This document shows, piece after piece, positions 17,373 to 27,608 of a stretch of 64,000 nucleotides of DNA; positions within the stretch are counted from its first letter, which is position 1, and every line of letters begins with the position of its first letter. The position numbers were made by a program, and so were the translations under genes. Below the pieces are notes generated by a model that worked only from the letters and a program-made list of their open reading frames with translations, made no database searches and was not told where the DNA came from. This stretch comes from an uncultured virus (IMG/VR IMGVR_UViG_3300037189_025930) (taxonomy: Duplodnaviria; Heunggongvirae; Uroviricota; Caudoviricetes): IMG/VR virus record IMGVR_UViG_3300037189_025930. One strand, written 5' to 3'.

Positions 17373-18266
17373 TTAAATTAAGAACTCTGAGAAGTTTACT
17401 GTTTTCTTTTTACTTAATTTATTGAGAAAATTTGTATAGCGATTTATAATTCTTTTATCTGTTTTAGAACTAAAGATATTTTGATGTGCTTTTACAAAAG
17501 GTCTTTTTATAATTTTCATTGCATACATAACACTAAGGTTAGCATCAAGAACAATAAACTCTTCTGCTTCTTCCCAACCTTTTGGATGTGCTCCATTTAT
17601 ATATCTAAAAATATTTACATGAGGATATTTCTCGCAAAAATATTTCATATTTTTAATAATCTCTTTATCAATATCGTCAATTTTACATTTAGCGATTTTA
17701 TCTATATAATAAGATAATTGGTAAACAAGGTGGAAGTGCAAATGGCTAGAAAAGTTTATATTTGTTATTTCTTCTAAAAAAACTTGTTCTCCCTCTTTCC
17801 ATCTACCTTTAATATAATATTTAGAATACCAATTAATATCGTTAAGAGATTTACATTCAATAATAGCGTCTTCACCTTCTTTCCATCTTCTTTTAATTAC
17901 ACTAGAGATATAATATCTAATAGCCATAAAATCCTTAAACTCTACCATACATTTTTCTAATTTTGGAAATAAATCTTCAAGATCTCTAACTTTATTTTCT
18001 ATCAAAAAAGTTAAATAAAAATAAATAGATTGATCAGAAGGAAAGTTAAAAATTATATCTTCGCCTTCTATCCATCTATCCATTACAACTTCTCTAGCAT
18101 AGAAAACAGCTAATAAAGGATTTTGACTCTTTAAAATTCTTTCCTCTAAATTTAAATCTCTTTTTCTATTAACTTTATGCTTTCTTACAATTTCGTAAAA
18201 ATCTTCTTTTAAAATTTGGTCATCAATTTTTATTATGTGATCGTATTTATAGTTATATTTATTCAT
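17373..18266 (-). CDS. Long family B helical-repeat protein
   Basis: Several RWxEGE repeats; ends FSEFLI. Confidence 0.85.
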   Translation of the reverse strand: MNKYNYKYDHIIKIDDQILKEDFYEIVRKHKVNRKRDLNLEERILKSQNPLLAVFYAREVVMDRWIEGEDIIFNFPSDQSIYFYLTFLIENKVRDLEDLFPKLEKCMVEFKDFMAIRYYISSVIKRRWKEGEDAIIECKSLNDINWYSKYYIKGRWKEGEQVFLEEITNINFSSHLHFHLVYQLSYYIDKIAKCKIDDIDKEIIKNMKYFCEKYPHVNIFRYINGAHPKGWEEAEEFIVLDANLSVMYAMKIIKRPFVKAHQNIFSSKTDKRIINRYTNFLNKLSKKKTVNFSEFLI

Positions 18267-18365
18267 ATTATTTTATCCTATATATTATATTATAATTCAA
18301 TTTATAATAAGTGTTTAAACCTAAAAAGTAAACAGTCTAATTAGTTAATCTTTTAAAAAATCTTT

Positions 18366-18737
18366 TTAAATCAAATGGTGTAAGAAACAAGTCATTTTAT
18401 TTATTTCGTACCAACGAAAATATTCCCATCTTTGTTCTTGTTCCTTATAAATGTAATTATAATCTTGTAAAGAATGAAAATATCCTGGTTCATCTAAACT
18501 TTTATATTCTAAATAAGCAATACGACTATCTTTTTCATGATAAAAATCTGTTTCATTTATCGTTGATCCTAAACAAGAAACATCGCCATTTTCAATAAGT
18601 TCATCTACTTGTTGAGGCGTTTTATAGTTTACAATTAACGTTTCTCCTACTCCTTCTAAATACCCATCCCAGTGACAATAGATTGATTTTAATGTTCCAT
18701 ATTTTTTTAAAATTGAAATTGTTGATCTTGTAGCCAT
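18366..18737 (-). CDS. Conserved phage protein (YCHWDGY family)
   Basis: MATRSTI..SIYCHWDGYLEGVG; paralog at 34284. Confidence 0.8.
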   Translation of the reverse strand: MATRSTISILKKYGTLKSIYCHWDGYLEGVGETLIVNYKTPQQVDELIENGDVSCLGSTINETDFYHEKDSRIAYLEYKSLDEPGYFHSLQDYNYIYKEQEQRWEYFRWYEINKMTCFLHHLI

Positions 18738-18747
18738 TTGTATCTCC

Positions 18748-19218
18748 TTATATCATATATTCAGAAAATTTGTTAATGTTGTAATTGTTGTTTTGTAAAA
18801 ATTGTATATAGTCTTGTAAAAATTTAGAATTAAAAATTATTTTATTAAATTGTGGCAATGGTTTTTTGACAACGTACTTTATATACCAGTAAGAATATTT
18901 TGGATTTTTAATAATACTTTTTTCTCCTTTTTTAAATCTTCCTATTTTTATATCTTTGGCATAATGATAAGAACACTCTGAATCATTAGAAATTACTTCT
19001 TCTCCTTTTATCCATTTACCTTTAACAATATGAAGGGCATATAAGTAAGAATAATAAGGACTTGTAATAATTATATTTTCTCCTTTTCTCCATTTACCTT
19101 TAACAACGTGAAGAGCATACTGATAAGAATAATTAGCGTCAGTAGAAATAATATTTTCTAATTTAGGAGATCTCTTATTTTCGTATGAAGAAATAAAAAA
19201 AGCTATTTTAGGAGTCAT
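18748..19218 (-). CDS. Family B helical-repeat protein
   Basis: Four 24-aa repeats; ends FSEYMI. Confidence 0.85.
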   Translation of the reverse strand: MTPKIAFFISSYENKRSPKLENIISTDANYSYQYALHVVKGKWRKGENIIITSPYYSYLYALHIVKGKWIKGEEVISNDSECSYHYAKDIKIGRFKKGEKSIIKNPKYSYWYIKYVVKKPLPQFNKIIFNSKFLQDYIQFLQNNNYNINKFSEYMI

Positions 19219-19502
19219 ATTAAGTGTTCTTCTAAAGATATTTTTTCAAAAAAATCCTTAATATTAATATGGTGTTTTTTCATAATTCCATAAGTATTTA
19301 TTTTAGTAAAAACATTTTCATCAATAAAGATTGTATGCTTTTTAATAAAATCAATTGATAATGATAAATAAGATGCTACTTCATTAATATTATAATCATC
19401 ATATGTATATATCGTATGAATTAAATTGCCATTAAAAAATTTTTCATCTTGACTAATTTTCTTATACATATCATTAATTGTTACAATAAACAATTTTCTC
19501 AT
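19215..19502 (-). CDS. Family A-like small protein
   Basis: ends LEEHLI. Confidence 0.75.
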   Translation of the reverse strand: MRKLFIVTINDMYKKISQDEKFFNGNLIHTIYTYDDYNINEVASYLSLSIDFIKKHTIFIDENVFTKINTYGIMKKHHINIKDFFEKISLEEHLI

Positions 19503-19816
19503 ATGATCCACTCTTCTAATCCATTTAGAGCAAGAAAAATGTTTTTATTAGTTTCTCGTAAATTATGTATTGATAATTTTAAAAAATCATTAAACAGTCT
19601 TTTTGAAATTGGAATTTTATATTGTTTTGTTTTTTGAGATTCATCAAAACTATCATAATAATTTTTAATTTCATATGTTCCAAAAAAACAAAGTTTTTCA
19701 TTGAAATCATATAAAATAAAACTATCAATTTTATTAAGACTATCAGAAGTTATTTCTAAATAGTAAGGAGTATTTAACATTATTTTTTTATTTATCTTTT
19801 TGATCTTATAATTCAT
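19499..19816 (-). CDS. Family A small protein
   Basis: YYLEI..LYD..YKIPIS; ends LEEWII. Confidence 0.8.
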   Translation of the reverse strand: MNYKIKKINKKIMLNTPYYLEITSDSLNKIDSFILYDFNEKLCFFGTYEIKNYYDSFDESQKTKQYKIPISKRLFNDFLKLSIHNLRETNKNIFLALNGLEEWII

Positions 19817-19858
19817 TATACTAAATAATCCTCATGTTTTTATAAAAATTATAAATAG

Positions 19859-20173
19859 TCATATTAACCATTCTCCTATTTCATTAAGATCATAATTGAT
19901 AGATTTTAAAAAGTTTATATAATCGTTTTTATAAATAGAACTAAAAATAATTGGATGACATAAATTGAATGGACCTTTAATTACATAATGAGCATAATAA
20001 TAAGAATATTCTGAATGTGTAGCAATATTTTTTTCACGGCTTTCCCATCTTCCTCTAATTACATCACTAGCATAACGATAAGAATAATATGAATCAGTAG
20101 CAATAATATTTTCTAATTCAGGTATTCTACGATTTTCATTATAACATTTAATATAGGCTTCTTTAGGAGTCAT
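19859..20173 (-). CDS. Family B helical-repeat protein
   Basis: ends FLKSINYDLNEIGEWLI. Confidence 0.85.
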   Translation of the reverse strand: MTPKEAYIKCYNENRRIPELENIIATDSYYSYRYASDVIRGRWESREKNIATHSEYSYYYAHYVIKGPFNLCHPIIFSSIYKNDYINFLKSINYDLNEIGEWLI

Positions 20174-20559
20174 ATTAACCATTCTCCTATTTCATTAAGA
20201 TCATAATTAATAGATTTTAAGAAATTTATATAATCATTTTTAAATGAAGATTTAAAAATAACTGGATGAGCGAGATGAAATACATTTTTTAATATATTTT
20301 TTGCATAACGATAAGAATAAAATGGTTCTGTGGAAATAATCTTTTCTCCTTTTGGAAAAGGAGCCCTTACTATTTCTTCAATATAGTGATGAGTATGATA
20401 TACACTAATGATTATCGCTTCTTCTCCTTGAACGAATCTTTCGTTTAAATGACAAGCATAAAGAAAAGAAGATTCTGGATCTTGTGCAATTATTTTTTCT
20501 AATCTACAAGATCTTTTATTGTTTTTAATAATTTTATCAAGTGCTTGTCTAGGGGTCAT
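20170..20559 (-). CDS. Family B helical-repeat protein
   Basis: ends FLKSINYDLNEIGEWLI. Confidence 0.85.
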   Translation of the reverse strand: MTPRQALDKIIKNNKRSCRLEKIIAQDPESSFLYACHLNERFVQGEEAIIISVYHTHHYIEEIVRAPFPKGEKIISTEPFYSYRYAKNILKNVFHLAHPVIFKSSFKNDYINFLKSINYDLNEIGEWLI

Positions 20560-20762
20560 ATTATCCACTCCCCATAATTACGATATAAAATTTCTTGAAA
20601 AATTTTATAATGTTCTGGAGCATCTTTCTCTAGTATCAACAAATCTTTAAACGCAACATTTAAGAAATGATGATAGTGATCTTCAGTTTTATAAAAAATT
20701 CTTTTCTTGTTTATGTCTACTACTAGTGATTCCCATATGATTTTTCTTTTTTTAATATCCAT
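20556..20762 (-). CDS. Small protein with C-terminal E-x-x-I motif
   Basis: ends NYGEWII; promoter at 20812. Confidence 0.7.
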   Translation of the reverse strand: MDIKKRKIIWESLVVDINKKRIFYKTEDHYHHFLNVAFKDLLILEKDAPEHYKIFQEILYRNYGEWII

Positions 20763-20922
20763 ATATTTATATATAAAATTTCTAATTAAATTATATACAA
20801 ATATAAAATAAATGTTTAAACCTAAAAAAATAGCGTATTTTAATAGTAATTTTTTGGGTTTATAAAATACTTACAAAAAATATTATTCTATTAGTATAAA
20901 TTTTAAAACCGGAGAAAAAACC

Positions 20923-21099
20923 ATGGAAATTAAAGTAAGTAAAGTTTACAGAGTAAACGGGGTTGAATACAATTCTAAAGAAGAAGCAGTCAAAGCAACC
21001 GCAAGAGAAATTCTTGAAAAACACTTCGAGAATGGGTTAGAGGCTCTTATTGAGAATGCTGAAGAAGTACGAAAGGCTTTAAACATTCTTTCTAAGTAA
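20923..21099 (+). CDS. 58-aa protein, family D (not in ORF track)
   Basis: MEIKVSKVYRVNGVEYNSKEEAVKA; GGAG RBS; paralogs at 29268 and 30359. Confidence 0.8.
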   Translation: MEIKVSKVYRVNGVEYNSKEEAVKATAREILEKHFENGLEALIENAEEVRKALNILSK

Positions 21100-21103
21100 G
21101 AAG

Positions 21104-21136
21104 AAAAAAGTGGGGTTGAAAAATCCCACTTTTTTT
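21104..21136. terminator. Intrinsic terminator
   Basis: AAAAAAGTGGG..CCCACTTTTTTT. Confidence 0.85.
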
Positions 21137-21187
21137 ATGTTTATTTATTTTTTATCATTTAATAAAATTTGTTAATTATGTTTTATA

Positions 21188-21466
21188 TTAAATATCTCTT
21201 ACAAAACGAACATACATTCTTGAATCTAAATCCATTTTCCAAATATTAGCAGTATAAAAATAAACAATTAATTTATATTGATCTTCTGTATCACAACTCC
21301 AATAACCCCATCTCTGAAAACCTTCTTCATAATTTTTACAAGCATACAGTAATTCATCAATAGAAGGTAATCTCCAACCATCTTCAGATACAGTTTTTAA
21401 ATAGTCCATAGCATCTTTATAATTTAATTTTTCTGTGCAATGAAATTTTTCCCATTCTAGTTCCAT
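21188..21466 (-). CDS. DUF1566 (Lcl C-terminal-like) domain protein
   Basis: LEWEK, GWRLPSIDEL, YWS, VRFVR. Confidence 0.8.
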   Translation of the reverse strand: MELEWEKFHCTEKLNYKDAMDYLKTVSEDGWRLPSIDELLYACKNYEEGFQRWGYWSCDTEDQYKLIVYFYTANIWKMDLDSRMYVRFVRDI

Positions 21467-21532
21467 TTTTTATTTTTATGTTTTCTTAATATAATTATAT
21501 TAAGAAAAGGACAAAAGGTATAAAAAATGAAA

Positions 21533-21709
21533 TTAAATAATTAATTCAGAATGATATTTTTTTAACCACTTTAACATATCTTTATATACATAAGAATTAT
21601 CATAGTAAATAAATCTTTCTTCTATTAAAAAATCTATTGATGCTCTTATTGAAGTCAGATTATCATCAATATATTTATTTTCTTTTAAAGAAAAATCACT
21701 TTTATTCAT
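21533..21709 (-). CDS. Family C-like small protein (58 aa, not in ORF track)
   Basis: ATGA-coupled; ends KWLKKYHSELII. Confidence 0.7.
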   Translation of the reverse strand: MNKSDFSLKENKYIDDNLTSIRASIDFLIEERFIYYDNSYVYKDMLKWLKKYHSELII

Positions 21710-22086
21710 ATTAATTGATGAGAATATTGAATTAAAAGCGAATCAATTTTTTCCTTACTATATCCTTTTTCAATTAAGAAATCCACATAATCATCTATAC
21801 AGTCTTGATCATTTTTTGAATTAAAAATAACTGGATGTCCTTTTTCAAAGGGTGCATCTAAAACATAAAAAGCATACTCTGTTGCAAGTTGTGGATTTTT
21901 AAGAATAATTGCTTCTCCCTCTGGAAAAGATCCTCCTACTACGTCTAAAGCATAAACATAAGCGGTATCTTCTTCAGATGCAATTATTTTTTCAAGTTTA
22001 TGGATTCTTTTGTTATACTCACGACATATTTCTAAAGCCCTTTGAGCTCTTGAATAAGTTGTTTTATTTCTTGTTGACTTTCTCAT
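21706..22086 (-). CDS. Family B helical-repeat protein
   Basis: LEKIIA..FPEGE..PFEKGHPVIFNS. Confidence 0.8.
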   Translation of the reverse strand: MRKSTRNKTTYSRAQRALEICREYNKRIHKLEKIIASEEDTAYVYALDVVGGSFPEGEAIILKNPQLATEYAFYVLDAPFEKGHPVIFNSKNDQDCIDDYVDFLIEKGYSKEKIDSLLIQYSHQLI

Positions 22087-22226
22087 AGTGTTTTATTCTC
22101 CATATATTAATTCTAATATAAAAAGAAATAGATGTATAAACCCAAAAATAATTTTATGTTGTAGATTAAAAACATTTAAAATAAATTAAAAGTTTTTAAC
22201 GATAGAAATAATTGGCACTTTGCACG

Positions 22227-22643
22227 TTAAAGTTTAATTATTGAATTTTCTTTCCAATAAAGACAATCTTTCCATACATCCCATTTTAGTTTTTTAAGCC
22301 TACCAGAACAGTATTCTACTTTACCTTTTTTTCTATAATGAAAACATTTCTTACATTTTTTTTCACCCTTAAATGGAATATAGTTAAATTGAAAATTAAG
22401 ACCTCTTTCAGGTATTGGTTTATTTTCTATATAATTATAAGTTCGTCTAATGATATAATCAAAAAACTCTATTTTGATTAATGGATAATCTTCTCTAATA
22501 GAATGTAATTGGGTCAATAAAACTATAAAATCGGTAACTCTTGTAGAAGTAGATATTAATTCTTTTTTTCTAGGCGAAATAGAAAAGGTCTCTATAATTA
22601 GAGACCCCTCTTTTTTTATTTCACGATAAAGATTAACTATCAA
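22227..22643 (-). CDS. Hypothetical protein, possible C-terminal zinc finger
   Basis: CKKC..C..C cluster; coupled to uvsX. Confidence 0.65.
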   Translation of the reverse strand: MIVNLYREIKKEGSLIIETFSISPRKKELISTSTRVTDFIVLLTQLHSIREDYPLIKIEFFDYIIRRTYNYIENKPIPERGLNFQFNYIPFKGEKKCKKCFHYRKKGKVEYCSGRLKKLKWDVWKDCLYWKENSIIKL

Positions 22644-23794
22644 TCAGCAACTTCCATTAATGGAACCAAAACATCTTCTTCATCGTCTCCTTCTTCTTCA
22701 AAAGATTCTTCGATGTTTTGGTTTCCATAAATATCATCTAAATGTTTTTGCCATCTTTCTAAAACTTTTTCTTCGCCACCACTTTGTGCTATCCATTCCT
22801 CTAACTTAGAAGCACTAAATTCTTCACCTTCAAAAACAACTTTAGTTGTCTTTTTAATATCTTTGGTGCTTAATTTAATTACATCATTATCAGCGAGAAG
22901 CTCTAGTAATCCACTATACTTTTGAATTCCTTTTTTAAATGAAAGATTAACACTTGCTTTTCTACCTTTAAAAACAAGACGATTCTTTTCTATTTTAAAA
23001 TTAATTCTAACTCCTAGTGGTATCCCAGCAGAATCAGAAACCTCTTTAGACGAAGTAATCCAAGCCCTAACAGATGAAGCAAATTTAACTCCACCTCCGT
23101 GATTAGCAGCTGTTACAGGATTACCAAAAGCTCCAATAGCAGCACTCGTATGACTTAGAACAACAAGAGTCATATTAGCAGCCCGTAAGTAACGATTAAC
23201 AACTCGAAAGAGCGCTCTCATTGCTTGCTGTTTAGTCATATCACGAGCACTATTACCAGTCCTAGAATCTTCCATTTCTTTATCAGAACTTAATTGAGAA
23301 ATAGAATCTATCCCCACAAAAATAGGGATCTCTGTTTTCATAGCAATTTTCTTTTCAGCAAGATTAATTAAAAAACCTTTTAATTGTTCTATTGTATCAA
23401 TAGTATCAATTCTTTGGATTTTATTAATTATCTTTCCTTCAGGATCATTCATAATAATTCGTGCAAAATTAGGATTAACAGCGTCTTCTGTATCAACGAC
23501 ATAAGAAAGACCGCCTTTTTTAATATTTTCACCTGCTAATTTTATTAGCATTAAAGATTTACCACTTCCTTCTGCACCAAACATTTCTACACATTTTGTA
23601 GCAGGGAATCCGCCTTTGAATTTACCACAGATTGCCCAGTTGAGTGCAAAATTACCAGTGTCTAAAAATTCAGGGAAAAAATCATGGTCCTCTAAACTCT
23701 CGACTTCTATTTTAGAATTAGTTTTAATAAATGAATTTATTTCTTTTTGGAGAAGATCTAATTCTGTCACTTCACCTTTTTCTTTTTTAGCCAT
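22640..23794 (-). CDS. uvsX: UvsX/RecA-like recombinase
   Basis: DTGNFALNWAICG, Walker A GAEGSGKS, DTE, IDSI, GGGVKFASS, KNR; start moved to ATG with GAGGT RBS. Confidence 0.95.
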   Translation of the reverse strand: MAKKEKGEVTELDLLQKEINSFIKTNSKIEVESLEDHDFFPEFLDTGNFALNWAICGKFKGGFPATKCVEMFGAEGSGKSLMLIKLAGENIKKGGLSYVVDTEDAVNPNFARIIMNDPEGKIINKIQRIDTIDTIEQLKGFLINLAEKKIAMKTEIPIFVGIDSISQLSSDKEMEDSRTGNSARDMTKQQAMRALFRVVNRYLRAANMTLVVLSHTSAAIGAFGNPVTAANHGGGVKFASSVRAWITSSKEVSDSAGIPLGVRINFKIEKNRLVFKGRKASVNLSFKKGIQKYSGLLELLADNDVIKLSTKDIKKTTKVVFEGEEFSASKLEEWIAQSGGEEKVLERWQKHLDDIYGNQNIEESFEEEGDDEEDVLVPLMEVAD

Positions 23795-23814
23795 TTTAAC
23801 CTCATAGTCATATG

Positions 23815-23837
23815 AAGCCACTTTTAATAAGTGGCTT
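23815..23837. other. Hairpin between ssb and uvsX
   Basis: AAGCCACTT-TTAAT-AAGTGGCTT. Confidence 0.55.
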
Positions 23838-23846
23838 GTTTTAAAA

Positions 23847-24773
23847 TTAATCTAATAATTGAGCTCTAAGATCTTCTTCTGATAAATCATCTTCAACAGT
23901 AGCTGATTGAACATATGGAGCAGCTGTTGTTTTAGAAGTAAACGGTGCTTTTGGAGAAGCAGTACTTCCACTTGATTTATTAATACTTAAATGGCTAATA
24001 GCCCTATTTAAATATTCTTCAATTTTATTAAAGTCAGATTCATAATTTACATAATTATAAAGATCAGGAGCACTCTTTAACATCGACTGTTCAGTATCAG
24101 TTAGAGGTCTAAGTCCTTTATTAGTAATTGGGAAAGATTCATTGTAATCAAAATTCCATGGATCTTTTCCAGTTATGCTTTTTTTAATTTTAAAATCATA
24201 TCCAGAGGTAGTGTCGACAAGATTAAAATATGGTTTATCTGGATCATAAGCAAAATCTTTATCAGGAAACCATTTGTCATCAATATCTTTACAAAATGGT
24301 ATTCCCATTACAGAACAGATTCTTCTTGCTAATTTTCCTTCTCCAGATGTATCAACTATAACTTTAAGAGTTGGAGTAACACCATCTTCATATACAAGAG
24401 CATTAAAATAAAAAGCTCTTTTTCTTTTTAAAGAAGCTGCAATCTTAATTTCACTATCAATTTTTGTATCGTAAAGTTTTCTTACAAATACATCTATTGG
24501 ATCTTCAACTAGTGCTCCATCTTTATTTACTTTCTTTGGTACGAAGAGTTTAATGTCTTTTCCATCATCTCTACCACCTTGAATATAGTGATAAGTATGA
24601 GTCATGTAAGGGAAATTTAACTTACCTTCTTTTTCAGGTAAAGGTAAAAATCTTACTTTTGTTGGAACATCTGTTGGAGCCCACTCATTTTCATTTATAT
24701 ACTTTTTTGGACCACCGTCTAAAGCTGCCATCGCTTGTTGTCGGAGTTTTTCTAAATAGTCATTTGCACTCAT
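23847..24773 (-). CDS. gp32-like single-stranded DNA-binding protein
   Basis: VRFLP, HYI, GYDFKIK, acidic tail EDDLSEEDL; next to uvsX. Confidence 0.8.
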   Translation of the reverse strand: MSANDYLEKLRQQAMAALDGGPKKYINENEWAPTDVPTKVRFLPLPEKEGKLNFPYMTHTYHYIQGGRDDGKDIKLFVPKKVNKDGALVEDPIDVFVRKLYDTKIDSEIKIAASLKRKRAFYFNALVYEDGVTPTLKVIVDTSGEGKLARRICSVMGIPFCKDIDDKWFPDKDFAYDPDKPYFNLVDTTSGYDFKIKKSITGKDPWNFDYNESFPITNKGLRPLTDTEQSMLKSAPDLYNYVNYESDFNKIEEYLNRAISHLSINKSSGSTASPKAPFTSKTTAAPYVQSATVEDDLSEEDLRAQLLD

Positions 24774-24859
24774 TTTTGTTTTCCTTTTGTTAAATTTTGT
24801 AGTTCTTTGTAAACCACTTTGTATTATTATATTTAGTCCTATTTGTAAATGTTTATTTT

Positions 24860-25483
24860 TTATTTAGATTCAATGTTATAAAAATATTCACCTTCAGCTT
24901 TCCAACCACTCTTTGGTATTTCCCATATTTTTGTGTTAGCTTTCCATTTCGGAGTTTCTTTATAAGGATCTATAAAAGATGTATCACTCCATAAAATTCT
25001 ATTATTAGGCATAATAGCAAAATTTCCATTATCTAGTTTTATTAAGTTAGCACTTTTATGATCATCAGGATCTTCTGAGTAATCAAAATCTAAATTGTTT
25101 TTTTGTGGATGAGCGTAGTCAATAGTAAATAGATAATCACCAAAATAAGGGTTATTATCTCTTAAAAAAACTTTAGGTTTACAATCAGCTAAATAATCAT
25201 ATCTGATAACATCAATATCATATGAGAAATTATTCCAAATAACTAAATCTTCAAGTTTTTGTTTAGGAGCGTTTTTTTTATGGCAAAAAGCGTGTATTGG
25301 CATTCTACAAAAATGTCCACCGCCTTTAGTCATAACATTAAACATCAATGTTCTGAACCTTAAAGATGTAACGCCAAAAATTATAACTTCTTCAAACTGT
25401 TCATTTTGTTCTTCACCATTAAAAAGAAATTCTTTTCTTATGTAACACTCTATCAATGGTATGTTAGCGTTTATAAAACTCAT
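24860..25483 (-). CDS. Conserved phage hypothetical protein
   Basis: NANIP..IRKEFL..MPIHAF..LDNGNFAIMPNNRILW. Confidence 0.75.
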   Translation of the reverse strand: MSFINANIPLIECYIRKEFLFNGEEQNEQFEEVIIFGVTSLRFRTLMFNVMTKGGGHFCRMPIHAFCHKKNAPKQKLEDLVIWNNFSYDIDVIRYDYLADCKPKVFLRDNNPYFGDYLFTIDYAHPQKNNLDFDYSEDPDDHKSANLIKLDNGNFAIMPNNRILWSDTSFIDPYKETPKWKANTKIWEIPKSGWKAEGEYFYNIESK

Positions 25484-25492
25484 ATAACCTCA

Positions 25493-25816
25493 TCAGTAAT
25501 CAATTTTAATTAAAAAATAATAGGTACTCTTAGAATTCTTATCCATTGTTATTTCTTTGAAATCATATTTATTATAATAATTTACAAAAACTAAACACTT
25601 AATCTCATTTTCTGAATCTTTAACTAATTCATTAGAAATATAAGGTTTATTTTGAATAAAAGGTATATCAGCATATTTAATTGCTATTCTTATTTCTTCA
25701 ATAGAAGGAACATGAAAAGTATCATCATAACTCTTATCATTAATAGCATCATAATAAGTGCCTTTTTTTATTTGATTTATAGTTAAATTTGAAGGAATAC
25801 GAATTTTAATAATCAA
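25493..25816 (-). CDS. Degenerate DUF1566-like protein
   Basis: YYDA..HVPSIEEI; paralog of 25806 and 43766. Confidence 0.6.
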   Translation of the reverse strand: MIIKIRIPSNLTINQIKKGTYYDAINDKSYDDTFHVPSIEEIRIAIKYADIPFIQNKPYISNELVKDSENEIKCLVFVNYYNKYDFKEITMDKNSKSTYYFLIKIDY

Positions 25817-26165
25817 TCCTCACTAATACAAAAGAACACTTTTTAGTTTTACTTATTGGAGAAAGTTCTGAACGATAACGATCATTACCGATTTTTTCTA
25901 AAAGGAACCCCATAACAGAATTAAATTCGGGAGTCTCAGTGTTAGAAACTAATCTTACCATTTGTGGTAACATAAATGGAGCAACATCAGCAATAACATG
26001 TAACTCTTCTATCACAGGAATATGATGATTAGGATCTGTTTTAGCAAATTCCTCAGCATCATAATAATTACCCGCTCTTTCCCTAGATACAGAGATTCCT
26101 CTAGGAGCTTTAAGTCCTGTAGAAGTTAATCCTTCGGGCAATTCTATTTTATTAAATTCTTCCAT
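25806..26165 (-). CDS. Degenerate DUF1566-like protein
   Basis: YYDA..HIPVIEEL..FVLVR. Confidence 0.6.
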   Translation of the reverse strand: MEEFNKIELPEGLTSTGLKAPRGISVSRERAGNYYDAEEFAKTDPNHHIPVIEELHVIADVAPFMLPQMVRLVSNTETPEFNSVMGFLLEKIGNDRYRSELSPISKTKKCSFVLVRIDY

Positions 26166-26480
26166 TTATTTTCCTAGTTGATTAGATGTGTATTTATAAG
26201 TTTCAATTTCTTTTTCAAGAGATATCATTTCGTTTTTTATGTTTTGTTTAATGATTTTATCTCTTTGATATTTACCGCCATAAGATAATAAAATTTTATC
26301 TTCAAGTTTTTTAATTTCATTTTCTTTTTTAGAAATTAAAGATTTAAAATAATTACTCATAATTGTTTTTTGTGCCGGTGTTATAGAACTTTCAACTAAA
26401 ACAGAAAATAAAAGTTCGTTCTCTGATTCAGCTTTAAGAGGTAAAATACATAATAATAAAATAAAAATAATTTTTTTCAT
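26166..26480 (-). CDS. Secreted protein resembling Leptospira LIC10421/LIC12816 family
   Basis: Signal peptide; ENELL..LVESSITPAQK..SNYF..GGK; similarity recalled, not searched. Confidence 0.55.
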   Translation of the reverse strand: MKKIIFILLLCILPLKAESENELLFSVLVESSITPAQKTIMSNYFKSLISKKENEIKKLEDKILLSYGGKYQRDKIIKQNIKNEMISLEKEIETYKYTSNQLGK

Positions 26481-26668
26481 TTTGATTCTCCTTTTTTATC
26501 TTCATTGTTTATTTCAAAAAAATAAGAGTAAAAAGTAACTAATGAAGTTATGATTAATGAAACAACAAAAATTATAATAAAAACAGGTAATAAAACTATT
26601 GCTAATAATACCTTTATTAATTCATATGTTTTATTTTTCATAATTTATTTTTTATATTAAGACAATGA

Positions 26669-27340
26669 TTATTTTGGAAAAAATATATAATCAGTTCTAT
26701 TTTTTTTATACTGATATCCTCTATCTAAAAACCAATTAATCGTTTCTTCTTTTGTAGGTGAATCTTTCCAGATTTCTATTTGAATATATTTTGGATTACG
26801 AAGTTTAAAAAACTCTACTGATCCTTTTAGAACTTCTAACTCGTGTCCTTCAACGTCTATTTTAATAAGGTGACATTCTTTAATGCTATCTATATGAGAA
26901 TCTAAAGTTCTTAATTCAATATCTAAATCACCTTTTTTAGATATTTTAGACATGCCAATGTTGTTACTTTTTGGTATTCTAATTTTAGCGTTTCCATTAT
27001 AAGAAGATAATCCATAATTATAAATATTGATATTAGGAATATCGTTTAATTTTATGTTTTCTAAAAAAGATTGATATACTATTGGAACTGGTTCAAAAGA
27101 GTGTACTACTAGGTTAGGATTAAATAGTGATAAATAAGAATAAGAACCAAAATTAGATCCAATATCTAAAAGAACTGGATTAGAATATTTTAAAGATTGA
27201 TTTAAAAAATATCTTATTTTTTTCTCTTCTCTTAAAATAGAATAACCATTTTCATCTAGTGTTCCAGAGAAAGATCCCATTTTACTCGCTGAGAAGTCGT
27301 CTATTTTTAATTCTTTTTCGAGGAAAATTATTTTTTTCAC
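26669..27340 (-). CDS. FkbM-family SAM methyltransferase
   Basis: LDIGSNFGSYS, SFEPVP, LIKIDVEGHELEVLKG. Confidence 0.92.
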   Translation of the reverse strand: MKKIIFLEKELKIDDFSASKMGSFSGTLDENGYSILREEKKIRYFLNQSLKYSNPVLLDIGSNFGSYSYLSLFNPNLVVHSFEPVPIVYQSFLENIKLNDIPNINIYNYGLSSYNGNAKIRIPKSNNIGMSKISKKGDLDIELRTLDSHIDSIKECHLIKIDVEGHELEVLKGSVEFFKLRNPKYIQIEIWKDSPTKEETINWFLDRGYQYKKNRTDYIFFPK

Positions 27341-27359
27341 TATTTAATCCTATTAAAAA

Positions 27360-27608
27360 TTATTTGTAAGAACCGGTTGCGAAAGAACAAAGTCCTTCGA
27401 GTTCTAGAACTCTCATTACTTTTCTTCTTGGAATACCTATGGTATCAGAAATCTTTTTAGCGCCTAGTTTTTCTTTTGTGTAAAGAGTCTTGATGGAGTT
27501 AACTTGTACTTTTTCTAATCCTAAATCTTTTGCAGATGCAGTTGCTATTTTAGGTGTTTTAGAAATTTTAGAAATTGTTTTAGTTTTTTTTGTTCTGAGT
27601 TTTGCCAT
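27360..27608 (-). CDS. Basic HTH-like protein
   Basis: Lys-rich N-terminus; GAKKISDTIGIPRRKV. Confidence 0.6.
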   Translation of the reverse strand: MAKLRTKKTKTISKISKTPKIATASAKDLGLEKVQVNSIKTLYTKEKLGAKKISDTIGIPRRKVMRVLELEGLCSFATGSYK

